This document shows, piece by piece, positions 38,073 through 47,616 of a stretch of DNA of 64,000 nucleotides (the first letter of the stretch is position 1; each line of letters opens with the position of its first letter). The notes under the pieces are model-generated. The model did no database searches, was not told where the DNA came from, and saw nothing but the letters and a program-made list of their open reading frames with translations. Source of the stretch: an uncultured Acidobacteriaceae bacterium (GTDB lineage: Bacteria; Acidobacteriota; Terriglobia; Terriglobales; Acidobacteriaceae). The stretch covers positions 277,865 to 341,864 of the forward strand of contig CAWBJV010000006.1 of assembly GCA_963789205.1 (NCBI GenBank), given 5' to 3'. Position numbers and translations under genes: made by a program.

Positions 38073-39959
38073 ATGGGCTCAAGTTGTGGGGGTAGGAAAT
38101 TTCCTTGTCTTGCAATTTTTCTGTTGTCAGCGTTTTCAGCTTTTGGGGCAAATGGTCCGACCGTCGCGCTCTCTGTGGATGCGTCGGAAGCGCCGCGCAA
38201 GATCATCCACGCGCAATTGCGCATTCCGGCCAAGCCCGGTACGCTCACGCTCTACTATCCGAAATGGATTCCCGGCGAGCACGGGCCGACTGGTCCGATC
38301 ACGGATTTGACGGGCCTGAAGTTTACGGCGAGCGGAAAGACGCTGCCATGGCGGCGCGATCTGCTCGACGGTTTTACTTTTCACGTGGAAGTTCCAGCGG
38401 GCGAGAACGAAGTCATCGCGAATCTCGATTATGCTTCACCTGCGTCGTTTGAACCTGGATATAGCTCCGGGCTCTCCGCGACGGAAAAGTTGTACATCGT
38501 CAACTGGAACGCGCTGTTGCTCTATCCCGCCGGCTACGGCTCCGATCAACTCACCTATAGCGCGAGCCTGCGGCTCCCGGCGGGATGGAAGTTTGGAACG
38601 TCGCTGCATGTTTCCAATCAGGCGGGCAACAATAACGACATTCATTTTGCGCCGGTTTCGCTGACCATGCTGGTGGATGGTCCGGTCATCACTGGCGAGT
38701 ATTTGAAGGTGGTGCCGCTCAGCACCGAAAATCCTCCCGCCGAAATCGACGTTGTAGCCGACAGCGCCGCCGCGCTCGATGCTCCGGAAGAAGTCTGGGA
38801 GCACTACCGGAACCTGGTGACGCAAGCGGGAATTCTGTTTGGCGCGCGGCACTATACCGGCTACCACTTCCTGCTGACCCTAAGCGATCACGTCGCGCAT
38901 TTCGGATTGGAGCATCACGAATCGAATGACAGCCGGGTCGAAGAGCGGTCGTTGGTGGAAGAAGACGGACGGAAACTGGCCGCCGGACTTCTGCCGCACG
39001 AGTATGTGCATTCGTGGAACGGCAAGTACCGGCGTCCGGCGGATCTGGCGACGCCCGATTTCGAACAGCCCATGCAGACCGATTTGCTGTGGGTGTACGA
39101 AGGCCTGACGTCATACCTGGGAGATATGCTGGCAGCGCGGAGCGGCGAGCGCACGCCTTCCTTGGCTCGCGACGCGCTGGCACAAATAGCGGCGGATCTG
39201 GATCATCGTTCGGGCCGGGTATGGCGCAATTTGCAGGATACCGCCGACGGCGTTCCCACCATGCAGAACGCTCCCCACGCCTGGGAAGATTATCGCCGCG
39301 GGCTCGACTATTACGACGAAGACGTGCTCACGTGGCTGTGGGCGGATGTGATCATCCGTCAGCAAACGAAGGGCACAAAATCTTTGGACGATTTCTGCAA
39401 ACTGTTTTATGGAGCGCCCAGCGGTCCCCCCATGGTCAAGACCTACACGTTCGACGACGTGATGAGCGCGCTGAACCAGGTCGCTCCCTACGACTGGCGC
39501 GGCTTCTGGACGGAGCGACTGTCCAATCATGGCCCGCGTGCGCCGCTGGGCGGAGTCGAAGGCAGCGGATGGAAACTGGTGTACGACGAGTATCCTTCGG
39601 AGCTGGATCGCGCCCAGGATCCCGAGGGAAAGACGATCAATGCGCATTACTCGGTCGGGTTGTTGGTCGGGAGCGATGGCGTGATTCGAGATACCATCGA
39701 GGGCATGATGGCCGCCAAGGCCGGGATCGGGCCGGGGATGAAGATTGTCGCCGTGAACGGCCGCAGGTTTTCGGCGGATGACTGGCGCGACGCGATTCGA
39801 GCAGCGAAGACCAGTTCGTCGCCGATTGAGATCATCGTGGAAAACACGGATTATTTCCGGGTAGTGAAATTGGATTATCACGGTGGCGAGAAGTATCCAC
39901 ACCTGGTGCGGGACGAATCGAAGCCGGATCTGCTCACGGAAATTTATCGCGCGAAATAA
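38073..39959 (+). CDS. Secreted M61 glycyl-aminopeptidase-like metallopeptidase with C-terminal PDZ domain
   Basis: ATG 38073 gives a signal peptide MGSSCGGRKFPCLAIFLLSAFSAFGA. 'LYYPKWIPGEHGPTGPI', the zinc motif 'LPHEYVHSWNGKYRRP' and a PDZ-like 'AGIGPGMKIVAVNG' follow. The upstream 162 codons of the ORF are antisense to tmk. Confidence 0.75.
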   Translation: MGSSCGGRKFPCLAIFLLSAFSAFGANGPTVALSVDASEAPRKIIHAQLRIPAKPGTLTLYYPKWIPGEHGPTGPITDLTGLKFTASGKTLPWRRDLLDGFTFHVEVPAGENEVIANLDYASPASFEPGYSSGLSATEKLYIVNWNALLLYPAGYGSDQLTYSASLRLPAGWKFGTSLHVSNQAGNNNDIHFAPVSLTMLVDGPVITGEYLKVVPLSTENPPAEIDVVADSAAALDAPEEVWEHYRNLVTQAGILFGARHYTGYHFLLTLSDHVAHFGLEHHESNDSRVEERSLVEEDGRKLAAGLLPHEYVHSWNGKYRRPADLATPDFEQPMQTDLLWVYEGLTSYLGDMLAARSGERTPSLARDALAQIAADLDHRSGRVWRNLQDTADGVPTMQNAPHAWEDYRRGLDYYDEDVLTWLWADVIIRQQTKGTKSLDDFCKLFYGAPSGPPMVKTYTFDDVMSALNQVAPYDWRGFWTERLSNHGPRAPLGGVEGSGWKLVYDEYPSELDRAQDPEGKTINAHYSVGLLVGSDGVIRDTIEGMMAAKAGIGPGMKIVAVNGRRFSADDWRDAIRAAKTSSSPIEIIVENTDYFRVVKLDYHGGEKYPHLVRDESKPDLLTEIYRAK

Positions 39960-39978
39960 AGGCGCGTCCGTTGCTGAT

Positions 39979-40050
39979 TGTCATCCCGAGCGAAGCGAGG
40001 GATCTGCATTTTGCAGCGGACTGCAGATCCTCGCTTCGCTCGGGATGACA
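39979..40050. repeat. Long inverted repeat (30/29-bp arms) between the convergent M61 peptidase and rnhB genes. Probably a bidirectional terminator or REP.
   Basis: TGTCATCCCGAGCGAAGCGAGGGATCTGCA (39979-40008), 13-nt spacer, TGCAGATCCTCGCTTCGCTCGGGATGACA (40022-40050). There is one extra G in the left arm. Confidence 0.8.
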
Positions 40051-40071
40051 AATTTATCTGGATACGATTCC

Positions 40072-40863
40072 TCAGCCCTCTGAAATCGCTGCCACGAGCT
40101 CTTCGTCGCCGGAAATTACTTTCTTAGCAGCCTCGTCCATCATGAACCCCAGAACTTCCTGCGGAATCGGTGCGCTCCACACCGGCGAAAACGACTGGCG
40201 ATGTAGCGGCGAGGGGCCGTGCTCGCGCAGGGCCGCGAGGTGGTGCGGCGTGCAGTATCCCTTGTTCGAGGCCAGGCCGTACATCGGAAAGACCGGGTCC
40301 CAGGCGGAGATCATGCGGTCACGTTCGACCTTCGCAATAATGGAGGCGGCGGCGATCGAAGCCGAGAGCGCGTCGCCATGAATGATCGGCTGTTGGGGAA
40401 GCTCGCAATCGAGTCTGACTGCATCGACCAGAAGATAACTCGCCGCCGGCGCCAGCTGCTGCACTGCACGCAGCATGGCGAGGCGCGAAGCCTGGTAGAT
40501 ATTGATTTGATCGATGCGGGCGGAATCCACGGCGGCAATAGCCCAGGCGATCGAATGCCGGCGAATCATGTGCGCGAGTTCTTCGCGGCGCTCGGCGAGA
40601 AGCAACTTCGAATCGCGCAGGCCGCGAATTCGGTATGCCGGGTCGTCGTTCTGATAGAGGATGACGGCGGCCGCTACGACCGGGCCGAACAGCGATCCGC
40701 GACCGACTTCATCGACTCCGGCAACGTGCGTCGCGCCCGCAGCCCAAGCCCGCTTTTCAAAGTTAAGGGTGCAGCGCAGCTTTTTCAGCAAGCGCAACTT
40801 GGCGGTGGCGGCGGAGACTCCGTCTGCGTTCGACTTTTTCGATGTGGAGGCGGACTTGGACAC
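40072..40863 (-). CDS. rnhB: Ribonuclease HII
   Basis: 'AGVDEVGRGSLFGPVVAAAVIL', 'DSKLL' and 'GDALSASIAAASIIAKV' are RNase HII signatures. Confidence 0.85.
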   Translation of the reverse strand: MSKSASTSKKSNADGVSAATAKLRLLKKLRCTLNFEKRAWAAGATHVAGVDEVGRGSLFGPVVAAAVILYQNDDPAYRIRGLRDSKLLLAERREELAHMIRRHSIAWAIAAVDSARIDQINIYQASRLAMLRAVQQLAPAASYLLVDAVRLDCELPQQPIIHGDALSASIAAASIIAKVERDRMISAWDPVFPMYGLASNKGYCTPHHLAALREHGPSPLHRQSFSPVWSAPIPQEVLGFMMDEAAKKVISGDEELVAAISEG

Positions 40864-40929
40864 GGATGCTGATCAGCATCTTCGCCGAAGAAGCAGTGCT
40901 AAGCAAGAGGAGATGTTCGATAAGTGGAA

Positions 40930-40968
40930 GCGGGGCTTCGCCCCGCTTGGACGGGGCAGAGCCCCGTC
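40930..40968 (-). terminator. Two GC hairpins downstream of rplS
   Basis: GCGGGGC-TTC-GCCCCGC (40930-40946) and GACGGGGC-AGA-GCCCCGTC (40950-40968). They lie 21 nt past the rplS stop on the minus strand. Confidence 0.45.
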
Positions 40969-40988
40969 ACCCCACAATGAGGAACCGC

Positions 40989-41339
40989 TTACTGCTGTTC
41001 GACTTCTTTCAGCCGCGCGGCCTTGCCCTTGAGTCCGCGCAAATAATAAAGTTTCGCACGACGGACTTTGGCCGAGCGCACGACGTCAATCTTGTCGATG
41101 ACCTTGGAGTCGATGGGGAAAATACGCTCCACGCCCTGGCCGAAACTGATCTTGCGCACCGTAAAGCTGGGCTGGGCGCCTCGCTTGCGGGCAATGACGA
41201 CGCCTTCGAACGCCTGCAGGCGTTCTTTTTCGCCTTCTCTGATCTTGACCAGTACCTTGATCGTATCGCCGGGACCAAACTTGGGGATGTCGGTGCGGCG
41301 CGATTTCGCCAGCAGTTTTTCGATAATCGGATTGCGCAT
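40989..41339 (-). CDS. rplS: 50S ribosomal protein L19
   Basis: '[35 protein letters not shown]...[18 protein letters not shown]' is the L19 signature. Confidence 0.95.
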   Translation of the reverse strand: MRNPIIEKLLAKSRRTDIPKFGPGDTIKVLVKIREGEKERLQAFEGVVIARKRGAQPSFTVRKISFGQGVERIFPIDSKVIDKIDVVRSAKVRRAKLYYLRGLKGKAARLKEVEQQ

Positions 41340-41350
41340 AAGTTTCCTTC

Positions 41351-42220
41351 CTAATTCTTGCCGTCAATTTGGGCCGGCTTGATCTGCTCTAACTTAATCT
41401 GATTCAGCAATTCCTTGTCTTCCGCCGTCAGCGCAACCCGCTCCAGTAAATCGGGACGGTTGCGCAGCGTTTTTGCCAAAGCCGTTTTGCGGCGCCAGCT
41501 GCGAATCTGGTCATGGTTGCCGTTCATCAATACTTCCGGCACCGCCATGCCTCGAAAATCCGCGGGCCGCGTGTAATGCGGATAGTCGAGCAATCCGCCG
41601 GAAACGCAGGTCGAACTCGGTCCGTCGCCGGCCAGCTCCGGCAGTTCGGTGAACAACTCGGTGCGCGTCTCAGTGAATGACTCCTGCCGCGTGGAAGCCT
41701 CGTTGCCCACCGCGCCCGGGATCAGCCGCGTCACCGTGTCCACAATCACCGCTGCGCCCAGTTCGCCGCCGCTCAGCACATAGTCGCCAATCGAAACTTC
41801 GCGATCCGCCAGGTGCTCGCTGATGCGTTCATCTACACCTTCGTAGCGTCCGCAGATGAGGACGATCCTGTCGAGCGCGGAAATTTCCGCCGCCAGCGCC
41901 TGATCGAACCTGCGTCCCTGCGCGGAAAGCAGAATCACCGACTGTTTCGCGCCCGCGCTTAAGCGCACTTCACGCGATGCCACATCGCCGAACGACTCCA
42001 AACATTCAAAGATCGGTTCCGGCTTAAGGACCATGCCCTCGCCGCCGCCGAACGGGCGGTCATCCACGGTGCGGTGCTTGTCTTTCGTAAACGCCCGCAG
42101 ATCGTGAATGTTAATTTCCACCAGGCCCATTTCCCGCGCCCGGCGGACAATTCCGTAATCCAGTGGTCCGCGAAAAAAATCGGGAAAGATCGTGAGTATG
42201 TCGATCCTGCATTTAGTCAT
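41351..42220 (-). CDS. trmD: tRNA (guanine37-N1)-methyltransferase
   Basis: '[21 protein letters not shown]', '[13 protein letters not shown]' and '[12 protein letters not shown]...[14 protein letters not shown]' are TrmD motifs. Confidence 0.9.
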   Translation of the reverse strand: MTKCRIDILTIFPDFFRGPLDYGIVRRAREMGLVEINIHDLRAFTKDKHRTVDDRPFGGGEGMVLKPEPIFECLESFGDVASREVRLSAGAKQSVILLSAQGRRFDQALAAEISALDRIVLICGRYEGVDERISEHLADREVSIGDYVLSGGELGAAVIVDTVTRLIPGAVGNEASTRQESFTETRTELFTELPELAGDGPSSTCVSGGLLDYPHYTRPADFRGMAVPEVLMNGNHDQIRSWRRKTALAKTLRNRPDLLERVALTAEDKELLNQIKLEQIKPAQIDGKN

Positions 42221-42280
42221 TGAGGTATTGAATCATTGAAACCTGGAGCCAGTGATTCAACGCCTCAATGATTCAATGAC

Positions 42281-42844
42281 TCAATCGCTCTTCGGCGTGT
42301 TCACTTCCAGCAAGCCTTCCGGCAACTTCATCCGGACCTGTTTCCCCACCAAATCGAGCTTTTCCAGGAACGCTTCGGCGAAGGGGATTTCGTATGGCAA
42401 CTTCGCACTCGTCTGCTCTTTACTTCGAACCACCAACAGCGGCGCTTCTCCCGCCCCGAACTGCACGTCTTCAATCTCGCCGACCTCGCGCTGGCCATCG
42501 AACACTGTGCAACCGATCAGGTCGCTAAGGTACGTCCAGCCCGGTTTCAACTCGGCGCGTTCGCTGCGCGGAAGCTGAAGCTCGGCGCCTACCAACGGCT
42601 CGGCATCGGAAATCGTCTCAATGCCCTGAAACTTCAGCACCAGAAAACTCTTATGCGGCCAGAGATCCTCGACCGTTACTTCGCGACGCTGGCCATCTTT
42701 CGCGAGCGCCCACAGCCGCATGCTTTGCCGGAAGCGGTCCGGAACATCTGTGTGCAATTCGACCGCTACTTCTCCGCGACGTCCCTGCGTCTTGATGACG
42801 ACCGCCAGGCTAATCCATTCGCCGCTTGCGTCCGGTGCCGCCAT
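42281..42844 (-). CDS. rimM: 16S rRNA processing protein RimM
   Basis: 187 aa with a PRC-barrel-like C-terminus, positioned in the rpsP-KH-rimM-trmD-rplS operon. 'GRRGEVAVELHTDVPDRF' is a RimM-like N-terminal domain. Confidence 0.8.
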   Translation of the reverse strand: MAAPDASGEWISLAVVIKTQGRRGEVAVELHTDVPDRFRQSMRLWALAKDGQRREVTVEDLWPHKSFLVLKFQGIETISDAEPLVGAELQLPRSERAELKPGWTYLSDLIGCTVFDGQREVGEIEDVQFGAGEAPLLVVRSKEQTSAKLPYEIPFAEAFLEKLDLVGKQVRMKLPEGLLEVNTPKSD

Positions 42845-42855
42845 TCGCCACTCGT

Positions 42856-43107
42856 CTATTCGATGATCTCGAGCGCGTAGCGCTTGTTCAGCTTCGAGCC
42901 CACCGCGCTCAGCACGTTGCGCAAGGCACGTGCAACGCGGCCGGAGCGTCCAATGATCCTGCCCAAGTCAGCCTCGGCCACTTCCAGTTCGATGACGGTT
43001 TCGTCTCCATCTTCGTACTCGTCGATAAAAACCTCGCCCTTGGCCTCGACGATCGCCTTGGCGATGTGCTCAATCATGGCGCGCGGGCTGGTGGCAGGCT
43101 CGATCAT
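42856..43107 (-). CDS. KH-domain RNA-binding protein (YlqC/UPF0109 family)
   Basis: 'DLGRIIGRSGRVARALRNVL' is a KH GxxG motif. It occupies the conserved slot between rpsP and rimM. Confidence 0.8.
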   Translation of the reverse strand: MIEPATSPRAMIEHIAKAIVEAKGEVFIDEYEDGDETVIELEVAEADLGRIIGRSGRVARALRNVLSAVGSKLNKRYALEIIE

Positions 43108-43146
43108 TCTCTGTCGGTGCTCCTGAATTGGCGAGTGTAAGGACGG

Positions 43147-43404
43147 CTAGGCGACCGAAGCGGCCGCAGCCGGCGCGGGCAGAGCAAGCAGTTTCCTGAC
43201 GCGGTCCGAAAGTTGGGCGCCTTTTGAAACCCAGTGCTCGATGCGCTCCCGTTTCAGGTCGAAAGTGGCCGGATTGGTGCGTGGATTATACGTGCCCACC
43301 ACTTCCACCGGGCGGCCATTGCGAGCCCGCTCCTTCTCAATCACCACCACGCGGTAATACGGTTGTTTGCGCGCACCAAAGCGCGCCAGTCGGATCATTA
43401 ACAC
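43147..43404 (-). CDS. rpsP: 30S ribosomal protein S16
   Basis: 'MLMIRLARFGARKQPYYRVVVIEKERARNGRPVEVVGTYNP' is the S16 signature. Confidence 0.95.
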   Translation of the reverse strand: MLMIRLARFGARKQPYYRVVVIEKERARNGRPVEVVGTYNPRTNPATFDLKRERIEHWVSKGAQLSDRVRKLLALPAPAAAASVA

Positions 43405-43528
43405 AGACTTCAGTATCCTTTGCCCGGAAGAGTCCGGCGAGGTAAAGACAAACCATTATTATGCCGGAGTTTAGCGGTTTCCGCAATGGGACCTGAGACC
43501 CGTTTAGAGCCTCCCCACATCGATCCCC

Positions 43529-44998
43529 CTAGGGTTTCAGCTTGCCCGTTTTTGCGTCGATGGCGTAGAGATAGCCTTGGTCCACTCGTTTCGTTCCAAT
43601 GTAGTCCATGGTCGGGGAGGTCAGGAAAATCCTGCCCTCAGAAATCAGCCGAGCCGACTCGCGGCCCGTTCCCTTGAAAGACCACAACTCCTTGCCGGTG
43701 GCCGCATCGATGGCGTGGAGATGCTCTCTGCCGGCATACACAACTCCATCCTGGATCATCGCAACACGCGCGGACCCGCCGAAGTTTTGCGACCATTTCT
43801 CCTGTCCGGTGGAGAGCGCAAGCGCGTGTAGCGTATCTTTCGGACGCATGATTGAACCCTTGTGGGTGGCCACGTAGAGGCGCTGATCGTCAGCCCGGAT
43901 CTCGCTGATTTCATCCGCGCTGAAGCTCCAGAGCTGGCGTCCGGTTTCGAGTTCCAGCGCCTGCAGGTTCGTGTCGGTGCTGAAGTAGATGGTATTGCCA
44001 GCGATAAGCAGCTGCGTGCCGTACTTTCTTCCCGTGCTTAACTTCCATTTCACTTGTCCATCGGCTGCATTGATCGCATACAGCGTTTCGCGACCTGAAA
44101 AGGAAGTAGGTGTCGGGCCGGGATCTTCGACTGCGAAAAACGCCAATCCCTTCGACGTCGCCGGCGCAGTAACGTCCCATCCGCCGACGTTGGTCACCCA
44201 CTTTGCTTTGCCCGATCCCGGGTCAACCGCGTAGAGGAGGCTCTTTTGCGTGTTCGGATCAAGGTAGACCCACATTGTGAGGAAGATGACGCCATTGCCC
44301 AGAACCGGTCCCTCCGCCGCGTGTTTCCGGTCAAAATAGTTCGCTTGCCATGTTTCAAACAGCCATTTCCTCTTGCCAGTGAGCGCATCAATGGCGTGGA
44401 GGCCGTCCCCGGTTGCGAAGTAAAGCGTGCCGTCCTTGACGACCGGAGGCGGCACCGGGAAACTGCTGTTGCTACTCGAGGCCATCGCGTAGCCAATGTC
44501 ATACGACCATTTCCTTTTCCCGGTGGCGGCGTCGATGGCATAGAACGAGTGGTCGCCCGAGCCGACGAAGACCGTCCCATTCTCGACCGCAGGCGTCATG
44601 TCCACTCTTCTTATTCCTTGTTCCTTTTGCTTTTCTGCGGCCTTTATTCCAGCGACCATCTGGTCGACAGCGCTGGTGGCTTTGGGCACGGTTATGATTT
44701 GGCCACCGGAAGCGGCCGGCGAGAGGCTCTCCCCCATCTGAAAGCGCCATTTGGTCTCACCCGTTGCGGGGTCCAGTGCATAGACCGCGCCGTCCGCCGA
44801 TCCGATGTAAAGCACTCCATCGGCGATCACGGGACTCGAACCACTCTCGTCGAACTTGATTTTCCAGCCCGCGGTTGCTGATTGTGAGGTTTCAACTGCA
44901 GGACTTCGACCGGTTCCGATCAAAAACAAGCCGGACACGAGGAGAAGAAAAAGGAGCGACTGCGCGCCGTTACGGCGTAGGAGAATAAGCATGGTCAA
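43529..44998 (-). CDS. Secreted PQQ-like (BamB-type) beta-propeller repeat protein
   Basis: 489 aa with a signal peptide and repeated 'DG.(L/V)Y.(G/A)..DG..YA(I/L)D..TGK..W' units (at least 7). Confidence 0.75.
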   Translation of the reverse strand: MTMLILLRRNGAQSLLFLLLVSGLFLIGTGRSPAVETSQSATAGWKIKFDESGSSPVIADGVLYIGSADGAVYALDPATGETKWRFQMGESLSPAASGGQIITVPKATSAVDQMVAGIKAAEKQKEQGIRRVDMTPAVENGTVFVGSGDHSFYAIDAATGKRKWSYDIGYAMASSSNSSFPVPPPVVKDGTLYFATGDGLHAIDALTGKRKWLFETWQANYFDRKHAAEGPVLGNGVIFLTMWVYLDPNTQKSLLYAVDPGSGKAKWVTNVGGWDVTAPATSKGLAFFAVEDPGPTPTSFSGRETLYAINAADGQVKWKLSTGRKYGTQLLIAGNTIYFSTDTNLQALELETGRQLWSFSADEISEIRADDQRLYVATHKGSIMRPKDTLHALALSTGQEKWSQNFGGSARVAMIQDGVVYAGREHLHAIDAATGKELWSFKGTGRESARLISEGRIFLTSPTMDYIGTKRVDQGYLYAIDAKTGKLKP

Positions 44999-45136
44999 TC
45001 CCCTTTTCGGCCGAGTTTGTCGATCTTATGCCGCTAAAGAACCATTCTAGGCTTCCGAGCGTAAACTCCTCAGGGATTTTGATTCATGGATGCGAAGCGC
45101 GCTAAAGACGGTAGTTTAACTTGCGCATCCACAGCA

Positions 45137-45715
45137 CTACTGCGGATAGCGGAAACACTCCACCGCATGGTCGTTCACCAGCCCCGTAGCCTGCATGAAG
45201 GCGTAACAGATAGTCGAGCCGACAAAGTTGAAGCCGCGTTTCTTCAGATCCTTGCTCATCGCGTCCGAGTCAGGAGTGCTCGCCGGAATTCCCTTCCCCA
45301 ACCGCCAGGCGTTTACTCGGGGTTTGCCGCCGACAAACTTCCAGATGTAGCGGTCAAACGCGCCGAATTCCTTTTGCACCGCCAGAAATGCTTTGGCGTT
45401 CTGTATCGCCGAAGCTACCTTCAGCCGATTGCGGACGATTCCCTCATCGAGCAATAGGCGCTGCGCCTTTCGCCGGTCGTAGCGCGCGATTTTCTCCGCG
45501 TCGAACCCGTCAAAGGCCGCGCGATAATTCTCGCGCTTCCGCAGAATCGTGTCCCAGCTCAGCCCGGCTTGCGCACCCTCCAGAATCAGGAACTCGAACA
45601 GCACGCGGTCCTCATGCTGCGGGACGCCCCATTCGCGGTCGTGATAGAGAATCGAGAGCTCGTTGCTCGCCCAAGTGCAACGAATGATATTTGTCGTAGG
45701 CTTAGGTACTTTCAT
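45137..45715 (-). CDS. tag: DNA-3-methyladenine glycosylase I
   Basis: 'RCTWASNELSILYHDREWGVPQHEDRVLFEFLILEGAQAGLSWDTIL' and 'GSTICYAFMQATGLVNDH' are Tag signatures. Its start overlaps the upstream stop (ATGA). Confidence 0.9.
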   Translation of the reverse strand: MKVPKPTTNIIRCTWASNELSILYHDREWGVPQHEDRVLFEFLILEGAQAGLSWDTILRKRENYRAAFDGFDAEKIARYDRRKAQRLLLDEGIVRNRLKVASAIQNAKAFLAVQKEFGAFDRYIWKFVGGKPRVNAWRLGKGIPASTPDSDAMSKDLKKRGFNFVGSTICYAFMQATGLVNDHAVECFRYPQ

Positions 45716-46713
45716 TTTGACGCCGATTTGCCGGCGAGGATGCCGTCAATCTTGCTCAGCTCCTCGGCTGAGAATTTCAGGTTCTTTAGCGCGGCTACGT
45801 TGTCGTCCACCTGCGACACTTTGCTTGTGCCAACTAGCGCGCTGGTGACGCGCGGATCGCGCAGTACCCACGCCACCGCCATTTCGGCCAGCGTCTGTCC
45901 TCGCTGCGCGGCGATTTCATTCAGCGAGCGAACCTTGGCGAGAGTCGCTTCCCCGAGGTCTTTCTTCTTGAGAAAGAAATCGCGAGCGGCGCGTGAGTCA
46001 CTTGGAATTCCCTTCAGATAGCGATCCGACAGCATTCCCTGCGCCAGCGGGCTGAAAACGATCGATCCCACGCCTTCTTTCTCCAGCACGTCGAACAATC
46101 CCTGTTCAGGATCGCGCACGAACATCGAATACTTCGGCTGATGAATCAGGCAATGCGTTCCCAGGTCGCGCAGAATCTTTACCGCCTGCGCCGTCTGCTT
46201 GGCGTTGTAAGCCGAAATGCCCGCGTAGAGCGCGCGGCCCGAGCGTACTGCCGTGTCGAGCGCCCCCATCGATTCTTCCATCGGCGTGTCGGGATCGGGA
46301 CGGTGATGGTAGAAAATGTCGACATACTCAAGCCCCATCCGCTTCAGGCTCTGATCGAGGCTGGCGAGCAAGTACTTGCGCGAGCCCAGATCGCCGTAAG
46401 GCCCGGGCCACATATCCCAGCCCGCCTTGGTCGAGATGATCAGTTCGTCGCGGTAGGGAAGAAAATCCTTCTTCATGATCTGCCCGAAAGTTTCTTCCGC
46501 CGATCCATACGGAGGGCCGTAATTGTTGGCGAGATCGAAATGGGTGATGCCGAGATCGAAGGCGCGGCGCAACATGGCGCGCGAGTTTTCGAAGTTATCC
46601 ACGCCGCCGAAGTTGTGCCACAGTCCGAGCGAGACGGCGGGAAGTTGGATGCCGCTGCGTCCCGAGCGGCGATATTGCATGGAGTCGTAACGCTTGTCAT
46701 TTGCAACGTACAC
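45712..46713 (-). CDS. Aldo/keto reductase (YghZ-like)
   Basis: 'MQYRRSGRSGIQLPAVSLGLWHNFG', 'GITHFDLANNYG' and 'YVDIFYHHRPD' fit the AKR family. Confidence 0.85.
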   Translation of the reverse strand: MYVANDKRYDSMQYRRSGRSGIQLPAVSLGLWHNFGGVDNFENSRAMLRRAFDLGITHFDLANNYGPPYGSAEETFGQIMKKDFLPYRDELIISTKAGWDMWPGPYGDLGSRKYLLASLDQSLKRMGLEYVDIFYHHRPDPDTPMEESMGALDTAVRSGRALYAGISAYNAKQTAQAVKILRDLGTHCLIHQPKYSMFVRDPEQGLFDVLEKEGVGSIVFSPLAQGMLSDRYLKGIPSDSRAARDFFLKKKDLGEATLAKVRSLNEIAAQRGQTLAEMAVAWVLRDPRVTSALVGTSKVSQVDDNVAALKNLKFSAEELSKIDGILAGKSASK

Positions 46714-46758
46714 GATGGCTCTCCTCGATCGAAACGGACCGGCAACTATTCTACGGGG

Positions 46759-47481
46759 TCAGTCGTATTTTTCGTAACGGATCGACGTTCGATCCCAGCC
46801 CAGACTCTTCAGCAACTCCCGGTTCGCCTTGACCATCTTGTCGAGGCCGCAGATGTAGGCGTGCATGTCGGTGAGGGTTCCAACGATTTCGGGCAGATGT
46901 TGCTGCACGTATCCTCGCAGCCCTTTCCACTCGGGAGCGGCACGGCTCAGCGTGGGCAGAAAATGAAAGTTGGCGTGTTCGGCGGCGAGACGTTCAAACT
47001 CCTCGCGATAGTAAATGTCCCGCTCGCCGCGCGCGCCGAAGAGCAGCCAGAACTCGCGTCCCCGATGACGGTCGTCTTCCGCCAGCAGCCAGGGCAGCAT
47101 GGAGCGGAACGGCGCGATCCCGGTACCAGTCGCAATGAACACGGTGTCGCGCAGCGGTGGACGCAGAATGAAATCGCCAAACGGTCCCTGAAATACGATT
47201 GTCGCGCCTTCGTCGAGGCTGCAGAGATAGTTCGACATAAATCCGTCCTGCACGCGATTCAGGCAGATGGCGACGTGCCCGTTCTCGGACGGCGGCGACG
47301 CGATCGAATACGCGCGCGTAATCTCCTCGCCATCGGGAGTGTTGGCCTTCACCGAAAGCCACTGTCCGGGAACGAAGCCGAAGCGGGTTACGCCGTTCAC
47401 TTCAAGTTCGATGTGCTTGGTGAATTCAGAGAGCGCCGTGGAGCGCAGCACACGAGCGTCGAAAGTCTTGAACTGAGCCAT
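46759..47481 (-). CDS. Ferredoxin-NADP reductase-type FAD/NAD(P)-binding oxidoreductase
   Basis: 'RAYSIAS' (RxYS FAD motif) and 'FIATGTGIAPFRSM' (NAD(P) motif). 240 aa. Confidence 0.8.
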   Translation of the reverse strand: MAQFKTFDARVLRSTALSEFTKHIELEVNGVTRFGFVPGQWLSVKANTPDGEEITRAYSIASPPSENGHVAICLNRVQDGFMSNYLCSLDEGATIVFQGPFGDFILRPPLRDTVFIATGTGIAPFRSMLPWLLAEDDRHRGREFWLLFGARGERDIYYREEFERLAAEHANFHFLPTLSRAAPEWKGLRGYVQQHLPEIVGTLTDMHAYICGLDKMVKANRELLKSLGWDRTSIRYEKYD

Positions 47482-47581
47482 TACTCAGTTGGATGATTGC
47501 AAACGATTGCAGGACGCGAAGCCCTCATGCGCCGCCTGCGGCACTTTTCGCGCCACGACGAGGCAGCCTGGCGGATAGCTC

Positions 47582-47610
47582 TTGTCTTGGTGTGATGTAT
47601 AAGTTACAAT
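47582..47610 (+). promoter_or_regulatory. Sigma-70-like promoter TTGTCT-17 nt-TACAAT that would give a (near-)leaderless toxin-antitoxin transcript
   Basis: TTGTCT (47582-47587), 17-nt spacer containing the inverted repeat TGTA-TAAGT-TACA, TACAAT (47605-47610). The GTG start at 47617 is only 7 nt downstream. Confidence 0.45.
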
Positions 47611-47616
47611 GACAGT

